Source: Promethearchaeota archaeon
GTDB lineage: Archaea; Asgardarchaeota; Thorarchaeia; Thorarchaeales; Thorarchaeaceae
Reading direction: 5' to 3'
NCBI GenBank assembly: GCA_014728035.1
Contig: WJMJ01000079.1
Span: 32,001-96,000 of the forward strand
DNA length: 64,000 nucleotides
Shown one piece after another: positions 19,465 to 29,757 of this stretch. How positions within the stretch are numbered: the first letter of the stretch is position 1; each line of letters begins with the position of its first letter. A program made the translations under genes and the position numbers. Under the pieces are notes generated by a model. The model did no database searches. It was not told the origin of the DNA and saw only the letters and a list, made by a program, of their open reading frames with translations.

Positions 19465-20195
19465 TTCTCGGCACTTGCTTTTTGCGCCTTTGTTTCATCA
19501 GAACTTATTTCTTGATCGGAATCATCATTCTCGATAAATTCAAAATCCCAGTCTTTCAGATTGATTGTAATGTAGCAATCTTCACCCTTATCTGGGCAGT
19601 CAATCCTTATAGTGACATGGTCAGATGTGGACTCTTTAATTTCGGGGTTTAGACATCCATCCTCAAGTTTTTCCATTAGAAAAATAACATAAGATCGGGT
19701 GATAGTGTTTAGACTTCCTTCTAAAATTGACTCACCCATCTCTGCTAAATAGTGCTTTTTCTTCCTTCCTTCTCTTTCAACACGAACAAGACCAACTTTT
19801 TCCATTCGTGTTACATGCCAGCGTACAGTATCATGATGAACCCCTATATTGTCTGCCATTTGTTCTTGGTAACATCCGGGATTGTTCACAATAAAAGAAA
19901 ATATCTGCTTTGCTGTATCACTGCGAAGTGATAAATACGCTTTTTCAGCTTCTTGTGAACGTAACATTTTCGGAAAATATATTCTTTTGCCAGCAAATTT
20001 TATCGAGTTTATTAGACCTTCTTTTTCTAAAATTCTAAGATGCCATGTTAGTGTTCCTAGTGGTGATTCCAACAAATCTACGAGTTCGAGAAGATATGTA
20101 CCTGGATTCTCACAAAGAACCGTGTAAAGGTCTCTCCGAAAGGGATGAAGAAGTAAAGCTAGGCGTTTTTGCCTTCCCATATTATTTCTCCTCAA
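19461..20195 (-). CDS. tandem winged-helix (ArsR-like) transcriptional regulator
   Basis: Two repeats NPG...WHL..LE..GL. Confidence 0.85.
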   Translation of the reverse strand: MRRNNMGRQKRLALLLHPFRRDLYTVLCENPGTYLLELVDLLESPLGTLTWHLRILEKEGLINSIKFAGKRIYFPKMLRSQEAEKAYLSLRSDTAKQIFSFIVNNPGCYQEQMADNIGVHHDTVRWHVTRMEKVGLVRVEREGRKKKHYLAEMGESILEGSLNTITRSYVIFLMEKLEDGCLNPEIKESTSDHVTIRIDCPDKGEDCYITINLKDWDFEFIENDDSDQEISSDETKAQKASAEN

Positions 20196-20323
20196 AGCTC
20201 GCTATTCTTCATGAGTGATTTCAATGATAAAAGGTCTTCGACTTGGTACAAGTACTGGCCAACAGAACTCTTTATTTTGAACTATACCATGAAGAATTTG
20301 TAAATTTCAAAATGGGAGCGACT

Positions 20324-22156
20324 ATGTGCGGAATAACTGGTATTGTTACAAAGAATAGTGAAAACATCGGAGAATTATTGGTGAAATGTAGTAGAAAACT
20401 TACCTACCGCGGTTACGATTCAGTCGGGGTTGCGGCAGTTTTGGATAATACAGTTCATCTTAGAAAAGATGTTGGCACGATTGATGACGTTGATGCACGA
20501 TTGAAATTATCTGAGATGCAAGGGGATCGAGGTATTGCTCAACTCAGATGGGCAACATATGGAGCTCCCACAAAAATAAATGCTCAACCCCATTTTGGTT
20601 GCGAACCAATTTTCTACGGTGCACATAACGGAAATATCCATAATTATGCAGAATATCGTCAAGAGCTCATCGATGCTGGACATATTGTACGTTCTGAAAA
20701 TGATGGTGAATTATGTGTTCATGCAGTAGACAAATACTTCGAGCAAACTGGTGATATGTTTGAAGCCGTGCGAAAATCAATTAATGACCTTCAAGGTGCA
20801 TTTGCCTTTGCTATCGGGCGTGCTGATGAACAAGAGATTTACGCAGTAAAGATGGGTTCTTCATTAGTAGCTGGAATTAGTTCTGAAGAAACCATTGTTT
20901 CTAGTGATTTACCATCTATCCTTCCAATTACTAATCAAGTTATATACCTTCGAGACGGTGAGATGGTCCGTCTAAGGCCGTCTGAGGTTGATGTTTTTCG
21001 TATTGAGGATGGGAAAAAACTTGATCGCCCAACAGAAACAACGGACATAGATGAAAGAGCAGCAGAAAAGGGAGGATATCCCCATTTCATGCTAAAAGAA
21101 ATCCATGAACAACCCATGGTAGCTCAAGATGTTGTTGGAGTCCTTGAAGGAAAAGAATGCGAAGACTGGCTGAAGTTAATTGAAGAATCTTCACGACAAT
21201 ATTTAGTAGCATGTGGTTCTTCACACAATGCTGGAATTGTAGGTACATATTATTTTAATCATTATGCTGGAATACCTCTTATTCCGGCAATAGGAGGGCA
21301 ATTTCTACCTATGTATTCGAATACATTGGATGAAGACAGCCTCTGTATACTGGTATCCCAAAGTGGTGAAACAAAGGATATTATGAATGTACTCAATCTC
21401 GTCGAAGAGAATAATTTTGGAAATACTCTTGGTATAGTAAACGTCATTGGTAGTACCCTCATGTTCAATGCTGACTCCTATATCCCCATGGCTTGCGGAT
21501 ATGAGATTAGTGTGCCTGCAACAAAAACATACTTCTCCCAGACAATTATCTTCGCTTATCTAGCGGCAAAGTTAGGGGAGCGAAATGGAAATCTGGATAA
21601 GAGTGAAGCAAAGACTATCCTAAAACATCTCAGCGAAGACTTACCAAAATACACCCAAACCACAATTGATAGAACTGATATACTTGCAAAGAATTTAGCT
21701 AGGACATTGATGGATGTAAAAGACCTCTATTGTCTGGGATACGGATTTACTGATGGTGTTGCAAGAGAAGGTGCACTGAAAATCAAGGAGATTTGTTATA
21801 ATCATTGTGAAGGGATGTATTCGTCAGAATTCAAGCATGGTCCATTGAGTATTGTCACTGAAAATTACCCTGTGATTTTTGTAACCACTCCCGAAGATTC
21901 TTGGATGGTAATTAATCACATAAACGAAGTCAAAGCAAGACATGGAAGAATTATAGCTGTAGGAGAGAGGGAAGAAAAAGTAGAAGCATACCTTTCTTCT
22001 CCGATGGATTATCTTGAGGTGCCAAAAGCTCCTCTTGTACTAAATCCAATACTTGACGTGATTCCTCTTCAATTATTGAGCTACTATCTTTCAGTGGATT
22101 TAGGAATAAATCCAGATCTTCCAAGAAATCTATCAAAAACCTTGACAGTTGACTAA
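20324..22156 (+). CDS. glmS: glutamine--fructose-6-phosphate aminotransferase
   Basis: MCGI start, RGYDS, RWAT, HNG, SQSGET, KHGP, PRNLSKTLTV. Confidence 0.97.
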   Translation: MCGITGIVTKNSENIGELLVKCSRKLTYRGYDSVGVAAVLDNTVHLRKDVGTIDDVDARLKLSEMQGDRGIAQLRWATYGAPTKINAQPHFGCEPIFYGAHNGNIHNYAEYRQELIDAGHIVRSENDGELCVHAVDKYFEQTGDMFEAVRKSINDLQGAFAFAIGRADEQEIYAVKMGSSLVAGISSEETIVSSDLPSILPITNQVIYLRDGEMVRLRPSEVDVFRIEDGKKLDRPTETTDIDERAAEKGGYPHFMLKEIHEQPMVAQDVVGVLEGKECEDWLKLIEESSRQYLVACGSSHNAGIVGTYYFNHYAGIPLIPAIGGQFLPMYSNTLDEDSLCILVSQSGETKDIMNVLNLVEENNFGNTLGIVNVIGSTLMFNADSYIPMACGYEISVPATKTYFSQTIIFAYLAAKLGERNGNLDKSEAKTILKHLSEDLPKYTQTTIDRTDILAKNLARTLMDVKDLYCLGYGFTDGVAREGALKIKEICYNHCEGMYSSEFKHGPLSIVTENYPVIFVTTPEDSWMVINHINEVKARHGRIIAVGEREEKVEAYLSSPMDYLEVPKAPLVLNPILDVIPLQLLSYYLSVDLGINPDLPRNLSKTLTVD

Positions 22157-22635
22157 TCCTGGTCTCCAGTTTCACCAATACGAATAGCTCTCATAGCGGG
22201 GTCTGTAACATTTCCGGAGTCAAATCCTTCTCGGATGTCTACTATGTCTTCGTTAGACATTTCGAAAATACCAAGCAGCTCATTATGGTCCGCAAGTGCC
22301 CACTGTCCATAGATGGACACACCATCGTTTGAATGACATTCCAATAGTCCAATAGTACCTGCACTTGACCACCAATTCACGCAGTCGGTAGTTATACTGT
22401 TTTGGGTAAGAAGGGCAATCCATAATTTTTTGAGTTTTGTCGGCCCATACTTCTGCCTAAATGTAATCAAAATATTCTCTCTAGCTTTTGAGAGAGCTTC
22501 AATAATTCGAGAAATTTCATTATCAGTGAATAAAGTCATAGAATCCTCCTGAAGAATCATCGTTCTAATGTTAAAAGGTGTATGAAATAGCACGCTATGA
22601 ATAAAAGTGAATGATATGTTGTGTATCTGAGGCAA
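22153..22635 (-). CDS. hypothetical protein
   Basis: ORF between glmS and the RimK-like gene; likely start at MTLF (~22539) after a GGAGG RBS. Confidence 0.6.
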   Translation of the reverse strand: MPQIHNISFTFIHSVLFHTPFNIRTMILQEDSMTLFTDNEISRIIEALSKARENILITFRQKYGPTKLKKLWIALLTQNSITTDCVNWWSSAGTIGLLECHSNDGVSIYGQWALADHNELLGIFEMSNEDIVDIREGFDSGNVTDPAMRAIRIGETGDQD

Positions 22636-22639
22636 AATA

Positions 22640-23536
22640 ATGACTCGTTCTCGTATTGGGCTTTTCTCGTCGGATCCGTGGTCAAAACGTGTCGAAACAC
22701 TTTCGCAAGCTCTTTCAAATTTGGCAGTTGAGATTATTCATGTTATCCCTTGGAAAGTTGCAAGAGTTGGATCCACAAAACACCATCTGATTCATTCTGG
22801 AGGTGTAGATCTTTCCACACTCGATACAATGTTCGTTCTCGACTTGGGGGCGAATGATATTGGTGCATTTTTCAATCGGATTGGATTACTATCTGCCCTT
22901 ACCGAGATGGGTGTGCGAATAATTAATTCTGTTTCATCAATACTTCTAATGAGAAATAAATCAGAGTCCATGAGAAAGTTGATTTCTGCAAAACTCCCTG
23001 TTCCAAAAACTCTGATTACGGAATCGATTGATGACGCTGCTAGATTTGTTAGAGAAAATTTTCCATGTGTGCTTAAACCAATTACGGGATTCGGTGGTTT
23101 AGGAGTCCAATTAATCGAACGAGATTTTGACTTAGAGCATGTCTATGATTATCTGAAATTTCATTCTCAGATGTTTGGCAAAGGAGCTTATATTCTACAG
23201 GAATATGTTAGAGGTCCTGGATTTGATATCCGGGCATTAGTACTCGATTCGGAAGTAATTGCTACAATGCAGCGCGTTAGTACTGGTGGGATTGTCACAA
23301 ACATTCATGCAGGAGGTACCCCTCGTCCAAATACGGTAGATGTATCTGATCTTGCTATTACTGCGGCAAAATCGGTCAAAGGGTCGTTTGTCGGAGTTGA
23401 TATCATTCCTGATGAAGATGGTAACCCTTGGGTGTTAGAAGTGAATGCTACTCCAGGATGGACTGGTATTCAGAAGGTTACAAACCTCAACATATCTGAG
23501 TGTATTGCTGAATGGCTAGTAGACCAATCTGTCTAA
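22640..23536 (+). CDS. RimK/LysX-family ATP-grasp ligase
   Basis: PVPKT, VLKP..G..G.G, LQEYV, DIR, TNIHAGG, GVDI, LEVNATPGW. Confidence 0.92.
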   Translation: MTRSRIGLFSSDPWSKRVETLSQALSNLAVEIIHVIPWKVARVGSTKHHLIHSGGVDLSTLDTMFVLDLGANDIGAFFNRIGLLSALTEMGVRIINSVSSILLMRNKSESMRKLISAKLPVPKTLITESIDDAARFVRENFPCVLKPITGFGGLGVQLIERDFDLEHVYDYLKFHSQMFGKGAYILQEYVRGPGFDIRALVLDSEVIATMQRVSTGGIVTNIHAGGTPRPNTVDVSDLAITAAKSVKGSFVGVDIIPDEDGNPWVLEVNATPGWTGIQKVTNLNISECIAEWLVDQSV

Positions 23537-23542
23537 TTACAA

Positions 23543-25198
23543 TCATTCACGTTTAGAAAGTTTATCAGCTCCTAGCCAAAGCATACAAATACCAAAAATC
23601 GGAAGTGCCCACATACTAACCAACAATGAAAGGGCTAAATTAGAATAGACTAATTCTATGTATGAAGCTATAATAATAGCACCTGTGATTCCTAACATGT
23701 TTAGGAAAAGTGACATCAATGAATTCAATTTGAAAGATGAACTCTGTTGATTCTCATAGGTTGGATTCAATGCTGTAATTCCAATTCCTAAAATCGTTCC
23801 TCCAGTGGCTGTAACGAAGATATTGATACAAACCAGAACTGATACAATAAATGAAAAACCAAATAACAATGATGTGATTATCCCTGGTAGTAATGAAACA
23901 GGTATCATTATGATTATTGCTCCGATGCTTCTTGCCCTGATAAATTTCTTTGAACCATTTGGTGATGATTTTAGAATCCAAAGATGATCTTTAGACTCAA
24001 TGAAACCGACCCCACCAATTGTTATTGCAGATATCATTGCTAATGACATATTTACTGTCATTGCCAATATAATAACAATAGAATTCTGAAATTCCATTTC
24101 AGAAAAGAATTCCATATTTAGAAGAAATGGCAGTAGGATTGCAATGAACATTCCGTAAAGAAGTCGAGATATATTATGCGCTTTTCTACCAAAATCTTTG
24201 AGCGCTGTAACTAACAATATACCACCTGCACTTGGATAAATTCTTCTAATCGTCTTGATGAAGATATTCTCTTTTCCAACTGTTACAATTGATTCTGATG
24301 TCAAATCCGATTCAAGTCTAAATATCCGATCAGCACTCATTACCCCTCCAAATACTGACACAATAAAATATATACCAAACAAGATGAGACTAGGCAGAAT
24401 TGTTGACTGTATCATGTTACTCACAGAAATGATGAGTGGATCGTTTATTGGTAATCCAGAGAAGAATAATGTTAGACCTGTTATTACATCAGCTCCCCAT
24501 GTAGCTGGCAAAACCAAAAAGATGTCCAGTCCCATTATAGCTGCCATTTGTGGTGCAAAATACATGAGTCCATATAACGGCAAAAGGAAAAGTAAAACAA
24601 AAATCATACTGAATGCTTTTGCTATATCATCTCCACGTTCAGAATTTCCTAGTTTTGATTGAATTGCGGTGCTGATGACTACTGCTAACCAAAGGGTGGT
24701 CATTGCAAAAAAGAAGATTGTCAGATATATCATTAGACTTCCAATGAATGTGACATGATATACTAGTATGAATGGTGATAGAAAGATTGGTGCAATCATT
24801 AAAGTAAGTATAAGGTAACTAGGTACTTTTCCAATAAACGTACCCAATAATATTTCTCTTGTGGTAACATTGTTGCTAAGCATAATTTCCCATTGTCCGA
24901 TTTTGATGTTTCTGACTGCATATATGATTGGATAGACTAGAAGCATCATCCAGAGTAGGAATATCACTGACCTCATAGCTCCTGGAAATGCAATCATTAA
25001 CAGTCCTTCTACATTTCCAGGTAGTAGTAGAATAATTATCGATTCAATATAGGGAACAATTTGAAATGCCCAAAAAATAGCAAAGATGGAAATAAATCCA
25101 ACCAATGGTTTTCTAAATCCTCTAAATTTTGAGGTTTGGACTAGAAACTCTGCTTTTGCAATTGCTTGCCAATTGCTTGCCATCACTAACTCCTCCAA
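23543..25198 (-). CDS. ABC exporter permease (multi-TM)
   Basis: ~12 TM segments; WILKSSP; overlaps the ABC ATPase gene. Confidence 0.8.
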   Translation of the reverse strand: MEELVMASNWQAIAKAEFLVQTSKFRGFRKPLVGFISIFAIFWAFQIVPYIESIIILLLPGNVEGLLMIAFPGAMRSVIFLLWMMLLVYPIIYAVRNIKIGQWEIMLSNNVTTREILLGTFIGKVPSYLILTLMIAPIFLSPFILVYHVTFIGSLMIYLTIFFFAMTTLWLAVVISTAIQSKLGNSERGDDIAKAFSMIFVLLFLLPLYGLMYFAPQMAAIMGLDIFLVLPATWGADVITGLTLFFSGLPINDPLIISVSNMIQSTILPSLILFGIYFIVSVFGGVMSADRIFRLESDLTSESIVTVGKENIFIKTIRRIYPSAGGILLVTALKDFGRKAHNISRLLYGMFIAILLPFLLNMEFFSEMEFQNSIVIILAMTVNMSLAMISAITIGGVGFIESKDHLWILKSSPNGSKKFIRARSIGAIIIMIPVSLLPGIITSLLFGFSFIVSVLVCINIFVTATGGTILGIGITALNPTYENQQSSSFKLNSLMSLFLNMLGITGAIIIASYIELVYSNLALSLLVSMWALPIFGICMLWLGADKLSKRE

Positions 25199-25974
25199 CG
25201 AAGCAAATCTTCTTTGTTTACCTTACTTCCAACAATTTTTAGATATGCATCTTGAAGATTATCTCCTCCCACTTTATCTACCACTTCTTGAGGTGTTCCA
25301 TAGGTTGTAAGAGTACCATTTGATATAATTCCAATAACATCACAGATATCTTCTGCTAAATCTGTCATATGTGTGCATATGAAAAAGGTAGTGTCTGTTT
25401 TTTCTGCCATGGCTCGAATGATCTCTTTTACTAAAGCACTTGCTGCTGGGTCTAATCTTGAAGTCGGTTCATCCAAAAAGACCAGCTGCGGATCATGCAA
25501 AATTGTTGAAGCAACCAATACTTTCTGTTTCATACCAGAACTATAACTCTCAAGCAGGTCATGCTGTCTACCTTCAAGACCTAGTAACAACAAGAGTTTT
25601 TCAATCCGTTTTAACAATCTTTCTCCAACAAAATCATTGAGGGCTCCAATAAACTCAAGAAATTCTACCGCTGAGAGTTTAGAGTAAAGACCCGGAGATT
25701 CAGGTAATAGACCTGTGACTCTTTTGATCTCCTCTCGCTGAGTATATACATCGAATCCACATACTTTCGCTCGTCCATTCGTTGGTAGCAACAGCCCTGC
25801 TAACATTCTTACAGTCGTTGTTTTTCCTGCACCATTAGGTCCGAGATAACCAAATGTAGTCCCTTTTTTTACCTTTAATTCTAAATCTTTGACAGCTTGA
25901 ACTTTCCCAAAGTCCTTTGATAACCACTCTGTTTTGATATCGAAAACTTCTGTCATATTATCCCTTTCACTCAA
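25186..25974 (-). CDS. ABC transporter ATP-binding protein
   Basis: GPNGAGKT, YSSGMKQ, LDEP, TH. Confidence 0.95.
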   Translation of the reverse strand: MSERDNMTEVFDIKTEWLSKDFGKVQAVKDLELKVKKGTTFGYLGPNGAGKTTTVRMLAGLLLPTNGRAKVCGFDVYTQREEIKRVTGLLPESPGLYSKLSAVEFLEFIGALNDFVGERLLKRIEKLLLLLGLEGRQHDLLESYSSGMKQKVLVASTILHDPQLVFLDEPTSRLDPAASALVKEIIRAMAEKTDTTFFICTHMTDLAEDICDVIGIISNGTLTTYGTPQEVVDKVGGDNLQDAYLKIVGSKVNKEDLLRWRS

Positions 25975-26088
25975 GAAATTATGGTAAGTTAAGCTTTAGC
26001 ACGAAAATATGCATTTTTCAACACTTTTTTAGACTTTTCGAACAATTAACTACGCTCTTATCCAAAAAGATTTAAGAGGGTGCAAAGG

Positions 26089-26160
26089 CGACTGATTCAA
26101 GTCGGACTCGCAAAAACTGAAATGCGAGCATAACGGAACCCGCACTAGTAGATAGTGCCA
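26089..26160 (+). promoter_or_regulatory. hairpin-rich region/5' leader upstream of the coiled-coil gene
   Basis: BRE/TATA-like AAAAAGATTTAAG at 26064-26076, then stems CGACT/AGTCG, CTCGCA/TGCGAG, GCACTA/TAGTGC. Confidence 0.4.
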
Positions 26161-26187
26161 GCAAAACAAGTTCTGAGGTACATATTA

Positions 26188-27129
26188 TTGACAGAAGCGG
26201 CTGAAACCACGTCAGAAGATATTGAGTTCCTTCGGGCCCAGCTACGGGAATTAAAATCCCAAGCTCGTGAAGAATTGGAACAGCTTCGTCGTGACAGAGA
26301 TAAAATGCGTGAATACAAGGGTATTCGCGATGAGCATAATAAAGAAGTTCGAAGTTTAATCGAATCTGTAAAAGCAGAGCGAGAAGAACGAGATCGAATA
26401 AATGAAGAAATAAGTGAAGCTAAGGGTAAGAGAACAGCAATTCATTCCCAGCTTAAAAGTGTCTATGATGAGATTCGTGAATTGAGAAGCAATCTTGTTG
26501 GTAGTCCTTCGACAGACCAGCGAAAACTGATGCGTAGGGTTGATGAACTCGAATGGAAACAACAGACTGAGCAGCTTACGATTGACGAAGAAAGATCTAT
26601 TGTAGAGGAAATTGCTAGAATTGAAGCAAAATTAGTCAAGATTGGTCAAGAAAAAGAAAAACAAGACCGAATCAGTGAATTGCGCAGGTTAGCCCGACGA
26701 TTAAAGGATGAAGCTAGTGAGGCCCATCAGAAAGTACTAGACTTGTCGGAGCAATCCCAAATTCATCATCAAGAAGTTGTGAGAATCCGACCCCAGCTAG
26801 AACAATATAAGAAATCCGCAGACACTGCACATCAGAACTTTGTTGAATGGCTTAAGAAAGTTAAAGCTGGAGAAGCTCAACTCAAAGAAATTCGTGGTAA
26901 GATTGATGAAATCTATGGAAAGCTTCGCAAACAAGATGCAGTTGGTCACCATGACCGGCGAGGCCGCCGAAGAAAACAGAAGATTCAGGAACAAGAACGC
27001 CGTGATGCTGCTCTTGAAAAACTTGAGGCTGGCAAACGACTCACATTTGATGAGTTTATTTTAGCACAACGTGCAGCGACGGATGATAAGAAGAAGGGTA
27101 AGAGTTCCGACGACGATGAAGAAGAGTAA
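26188..27129 (+). CDS. archaeal coiled-coil protein (COG1340-like)
   Basis: Long heptads, LEWKQQT..LT...E, C-terminal KLEAGKRLTFDE; TTG start after GAGGT. Confidence 0.85.
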   Translation: MTEAAETTSEDIEFLRAQLRELKSQAREELEQLRRDRDKMREYKGIRDEHNKEVRSLIESVKAEREERDRINEEISEAKGKRTAIHSQLKSVYDEIRELRSNLVGSPSTDQRKLMRRVDELEWKQQTEQLTIDEERSIVEEIARIEAKLVKIGQEKEKQDRISELRRLARRLKDEASEAHQKVLDLSEQSQIHHQEVVRIRPQLEQYKKSADTAHQNFVEWLKKVKAGEAQLKEIRGKIDEIYGKLRKQDAVGHHDRRGRRRKQKIQEQERRDAALEKLEAGKRLTFDEFILAQRAATDDKKKGKSSDDDEEE

Positions 27130-27130
27130 A

Positions 27131-27162
27131 TGAGGTCATTTTGACCTCACACTCTCTTTTCT
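27131..27162 (+). terminator. hairpin + pyrimidine tract after coiled-coil gene
   Basis: TGAGGTCA-ttt-TGACCTCA then CTCTCTTTTCT. Confidence 0.55.
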
Positions 27163-27176
27163 AGGGGGTCATATTT

Positions 27177-28436
27177 TTGAGTAGTGTGAGAGAGAGACCT
27201 GTAAGTAAAAGGTCTGCTTTTCGTATTTTTTACATTTTGGCTATCGGGTCAGGCGTCATGAGAACATTTTCTGTTGCCTTTGATGTGGTAGCCCTTAATA
27301 CTATGTTTTCAGACCCCCTTGCCTTTGGATTTGTATCACAATGGGTTAGTATCTTAGTCACATTCTTTCTAGTTCTGGTTTTGAGTTTCCCCAAAAAAGT
27401 AAATGGCAAAAAGCGATCCTTGGGCTTCTCCGTTGACCCCGATTTCGGTAGAATTTCGCTATTACCTCGGAAACCGATGTTGTATATTATACTCGCTGGA
27501 ATTTTTGCAGGGATCTCTACATATTCGTACTATCTACTGGTGGGTGCAAGTGATGCATCTACAATGCTACCGTATGGGCAACTTGTAATCATCTATCTAC
27601 TTCTGGGTGACTTATTTGCAGAAAAAGATACACCAACAGTAATTGAAATCCAATGTATAATTTCCATTATGCTTGGAGTCTTGTTAGTTGGTGTGACTCC
27701 TGGTGGTTTCGATTTACCTACTCTGTTTATCGTTCTTGTACCAATGAATATTTCTTCAGGGCTAGTGACATTTTACCAGAGAAAGACAAAACGGTATGAG
27801 ATATCACCTGGGCTACGTGTTGATTCGATTAATATGCGTCTCTGGACTCTATTGTTTCTGAATATCACTTACAGTATTTTTGCCATTCCGACCATTCCAA
27901 TCGGGGCTTGGAGTCTAATGGCTGATACATTCAGTTCCACCTTCTGGTTTATGGTTGGATCTTCATTGACGACGTTTTTTGCTTTGGTAATGTATGTACG
28001 TGCATTAGGCCGAGGTACAATGGCTGTAGTTAATTCTCTATCATCCGTTTCTGTCGTGCTTGGCATCCCTCTTACTTTGATTGGAAACCTTTTCGTACCT
28101 GGTGCGTTCGGCACTATCGATGCTGATGCATTCCTTTGGACTATCAAGATATTTGGCGTTATTCTTGTGATGATTGGTGTAGTAGCGTTAGAAGCATCTG
28201 ATGTTCGAGCTATTGTACTTGTTAGAGTGAAACCACAGACTGGAGATATTTTATCAGAGCTGTATGATATCAAAGGCATTCAGCGAGCAGCGGCTATAGC
28301 GGGCACCTATGATTATCTACTCACAGTTAAAAGTAGAAGTCTTGCAAAGACCAGAACGGGAATACTGAAGAAAGTTCAAGCAATACCTGAAGTATACGAT
28401 GTAGAAACCCTAGTAATCTTGAAGGAACACAGATAA
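27177..28436 (+). CDS. DMT/EamA-like membrane transporter fused to C-terminal Lrp/AsnC ligand-binding (RAM) domain
   Basis: ~10 TMs, then AIVLVRVKP...IAGTYDYLLTV...VQAIPEVYDVETLVIL. Confidence 0.75.
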   Translation: MSSVRERPVSKRSAFRIFYILAIGSGVMRTFSVAFDVVALNTMFSDPLAFGFVSQWVSILVTFFLVLVLSFPKKVNGKKRSLGFSVDPDFGRISLLPRKPMLYIILAGIFAGISTYSYYLLVGASDASTMLPYGQLVIIYLLLGDLFAEKDTPTVIEIQCIISIMLGVLLVGVTPGGFDLPTLFIVLVPMNISSGLVTFYQRKTKRYEISPGLRVDSINMRLWTLLFLNITYSIFAIPTIPIGAWSLMADTFSSTFWFMVGSSLTTFFALVMYVRALGRGTMAVVNSLSSVSVVLGIPLTLIGNLFVPGAFGTIDADAFLWTIKIFGVILVMIGVVALEASDVRAIVLVRVKPQTGDILSELYDIKGIQRAAAIAGTYDYLLTVKSRSLAKTRTGILKKVQAIPEVYDVETLVILKEHR

Positions 28437-28452
28437 CAAAGGAGGATATGAA

Positions 28453-28701
28453 ATGACAAAAAATGTACAAGCTTACATTCTGATGGATATCGAACTGGGA
28501 AAGACAGACTCTGTAGTTGACAAATTACGAAGTATTGATGAAGCAATCAGAGTGTCAATTACTACAGGAATCTTTGATGTGATTGTTCTGATTGAGGTTC
28601 CTGACTTAGAAGCACTCTATGACATTACAGTCCATAAGATTCATACTATTCCAGGAATCAAACAGACTACCACGGCTGTTATTGAAAAGATGATTGAGTG
28701 A
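28453..28701 (+). CDS. stand-alone Lrp/AsnC ligand-binding (RAM) domain protein
   Basis: AYILM...TTGIFDVIV...IHTIPGIKQTTT; no HTH. Confidence 0.9.
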   Translation: MTKNVQAYILMDIELGKTDSVVDKLRSIDEAIRVSITTGIFDVIVLIEVPDLEALYDITVHKIHTIPGIKQTTTAVIEKMIE

Positions 28702-28803
28702 ATATTCCCAATATCTATACTTATTAGCACACTAGATAGGTTCATGGCTGTCAAAATATGATGCTATAATTTGATTGTATTTTGATAATAAAACCATGGT
28801 AAG

Positions 28804-29757
28804 GTGGTTAAATTGGAAGCAGTAAAATCAAGCAAATTACGGAAGACCTTTGGTGACGTTGTCGCTGTTGATAGTCTTGACCTTAATGTGTCCCCTGGTA
28901 CTATTTTCGGCCTTTTGGGTCCAAATGGTGCAGGTAAAAGTACAACTATTCGTCTAATCTCTACACTATTGTATCCAGATTCAGGAACCGCATCTGTGCA
29001 TTATTTTGATATTCTAGAGGAACCTGTTGCAGTTAGACGTATAACTGGAGTCTTACCTGAAGAAGGAAATCACACCCATTATGATAGTTTAAGTGCATAT
29101 GAGAATTTAGAATATTTTGCGAAGCTCTACGATGTTCCAGAAGATAAAATTCACAGGAGGATTGAAGAACTTCTACAATTTATGGATCTCTGGGATCGGA
29201 AAGACGACAAAGCTGGTGAACTAAGTACAGGAAATCGTCAGCGACTTGCACTATGCCGAGCACTGTTACATGAACCAAAAGTGGTTCTTCTAGATGAACC
29301 TACTTCATCTCTAGATCCCATAGCCGCTAAGAGAGTTAGGGAGTTGATTCTTAATCTCTCGAAGACCTATGGACAGACCTTTTTCATCAATTCACACAAT
29401 CTTGCTGAAGTGCAGAGAGTCTGTGACCAAATTGCTATTATTAATGAAGGAAAGATTTTGATTTCTGGCTCAACAGCTGAACTCCGAGCAACATTACAGA
29501 CTGAACAAGAATATCGTATACGGATAATGGGCGATATTGAGCATGCCAAATCCATTATTGAAGCGGAAGATTTTGTAGAATCTGCGGAAGCAGAGGTTGA
29601 TACAATTGTTGTCATGATAAGAAATCCAATAGAGAACAATTCGGTTCTGATGAAGAGTCTTCTTGATGCTGGAGTTCAAATTATAGAATTTGCTGAAGAA
29701 GAAACTACTTTGGAAGATCTCTATCTTCAAGTTGTAACAGGAGGAGATGTAGAATGA
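28804..29757 (+). CDS. ABC transporter ATP-binding protein
   Basis: GPNGAGKS, LSTGNRQ, LDEP, SH, TLEDLY. Confidence 0.95.
   Translation: MVKLEAVKSSKLRKTFGDVVAVDSLDLNVSPGTIFGLLGPNGAGKSTTIRLISTLLYPDSGTASVHYFDILEEPVAVRRITGVLPEEGNHTHYDSLSAYENLEYFAKLYDVPEDKIHRRIEELLQFMDLWDRKDDKAGELSTGNRQRLALCRALLHEPKVVLLDEPTSSLDPIAAKRVRELILNLSKTYGQTFFINSHNLAEVQRVCDQIAIINEGKILISGSTAELRATLQTEQEYRIRIMGDIEHAKSIIEAEDFVESAEAEVDTIVVMIRNPIENNSVLMKSLLDAGVQIIEFAEEETTLEDLYLQVVTGGDVE

Noticed and set aside
26155-27129. Coiled-coil protein as SMC, ESCRT-III or the missing Rad50 arm
   Set aside because: No ATPase or hook motifs; matches a widespread stand-alone archaeal coiled-coil family and lies 10 kb from rad50
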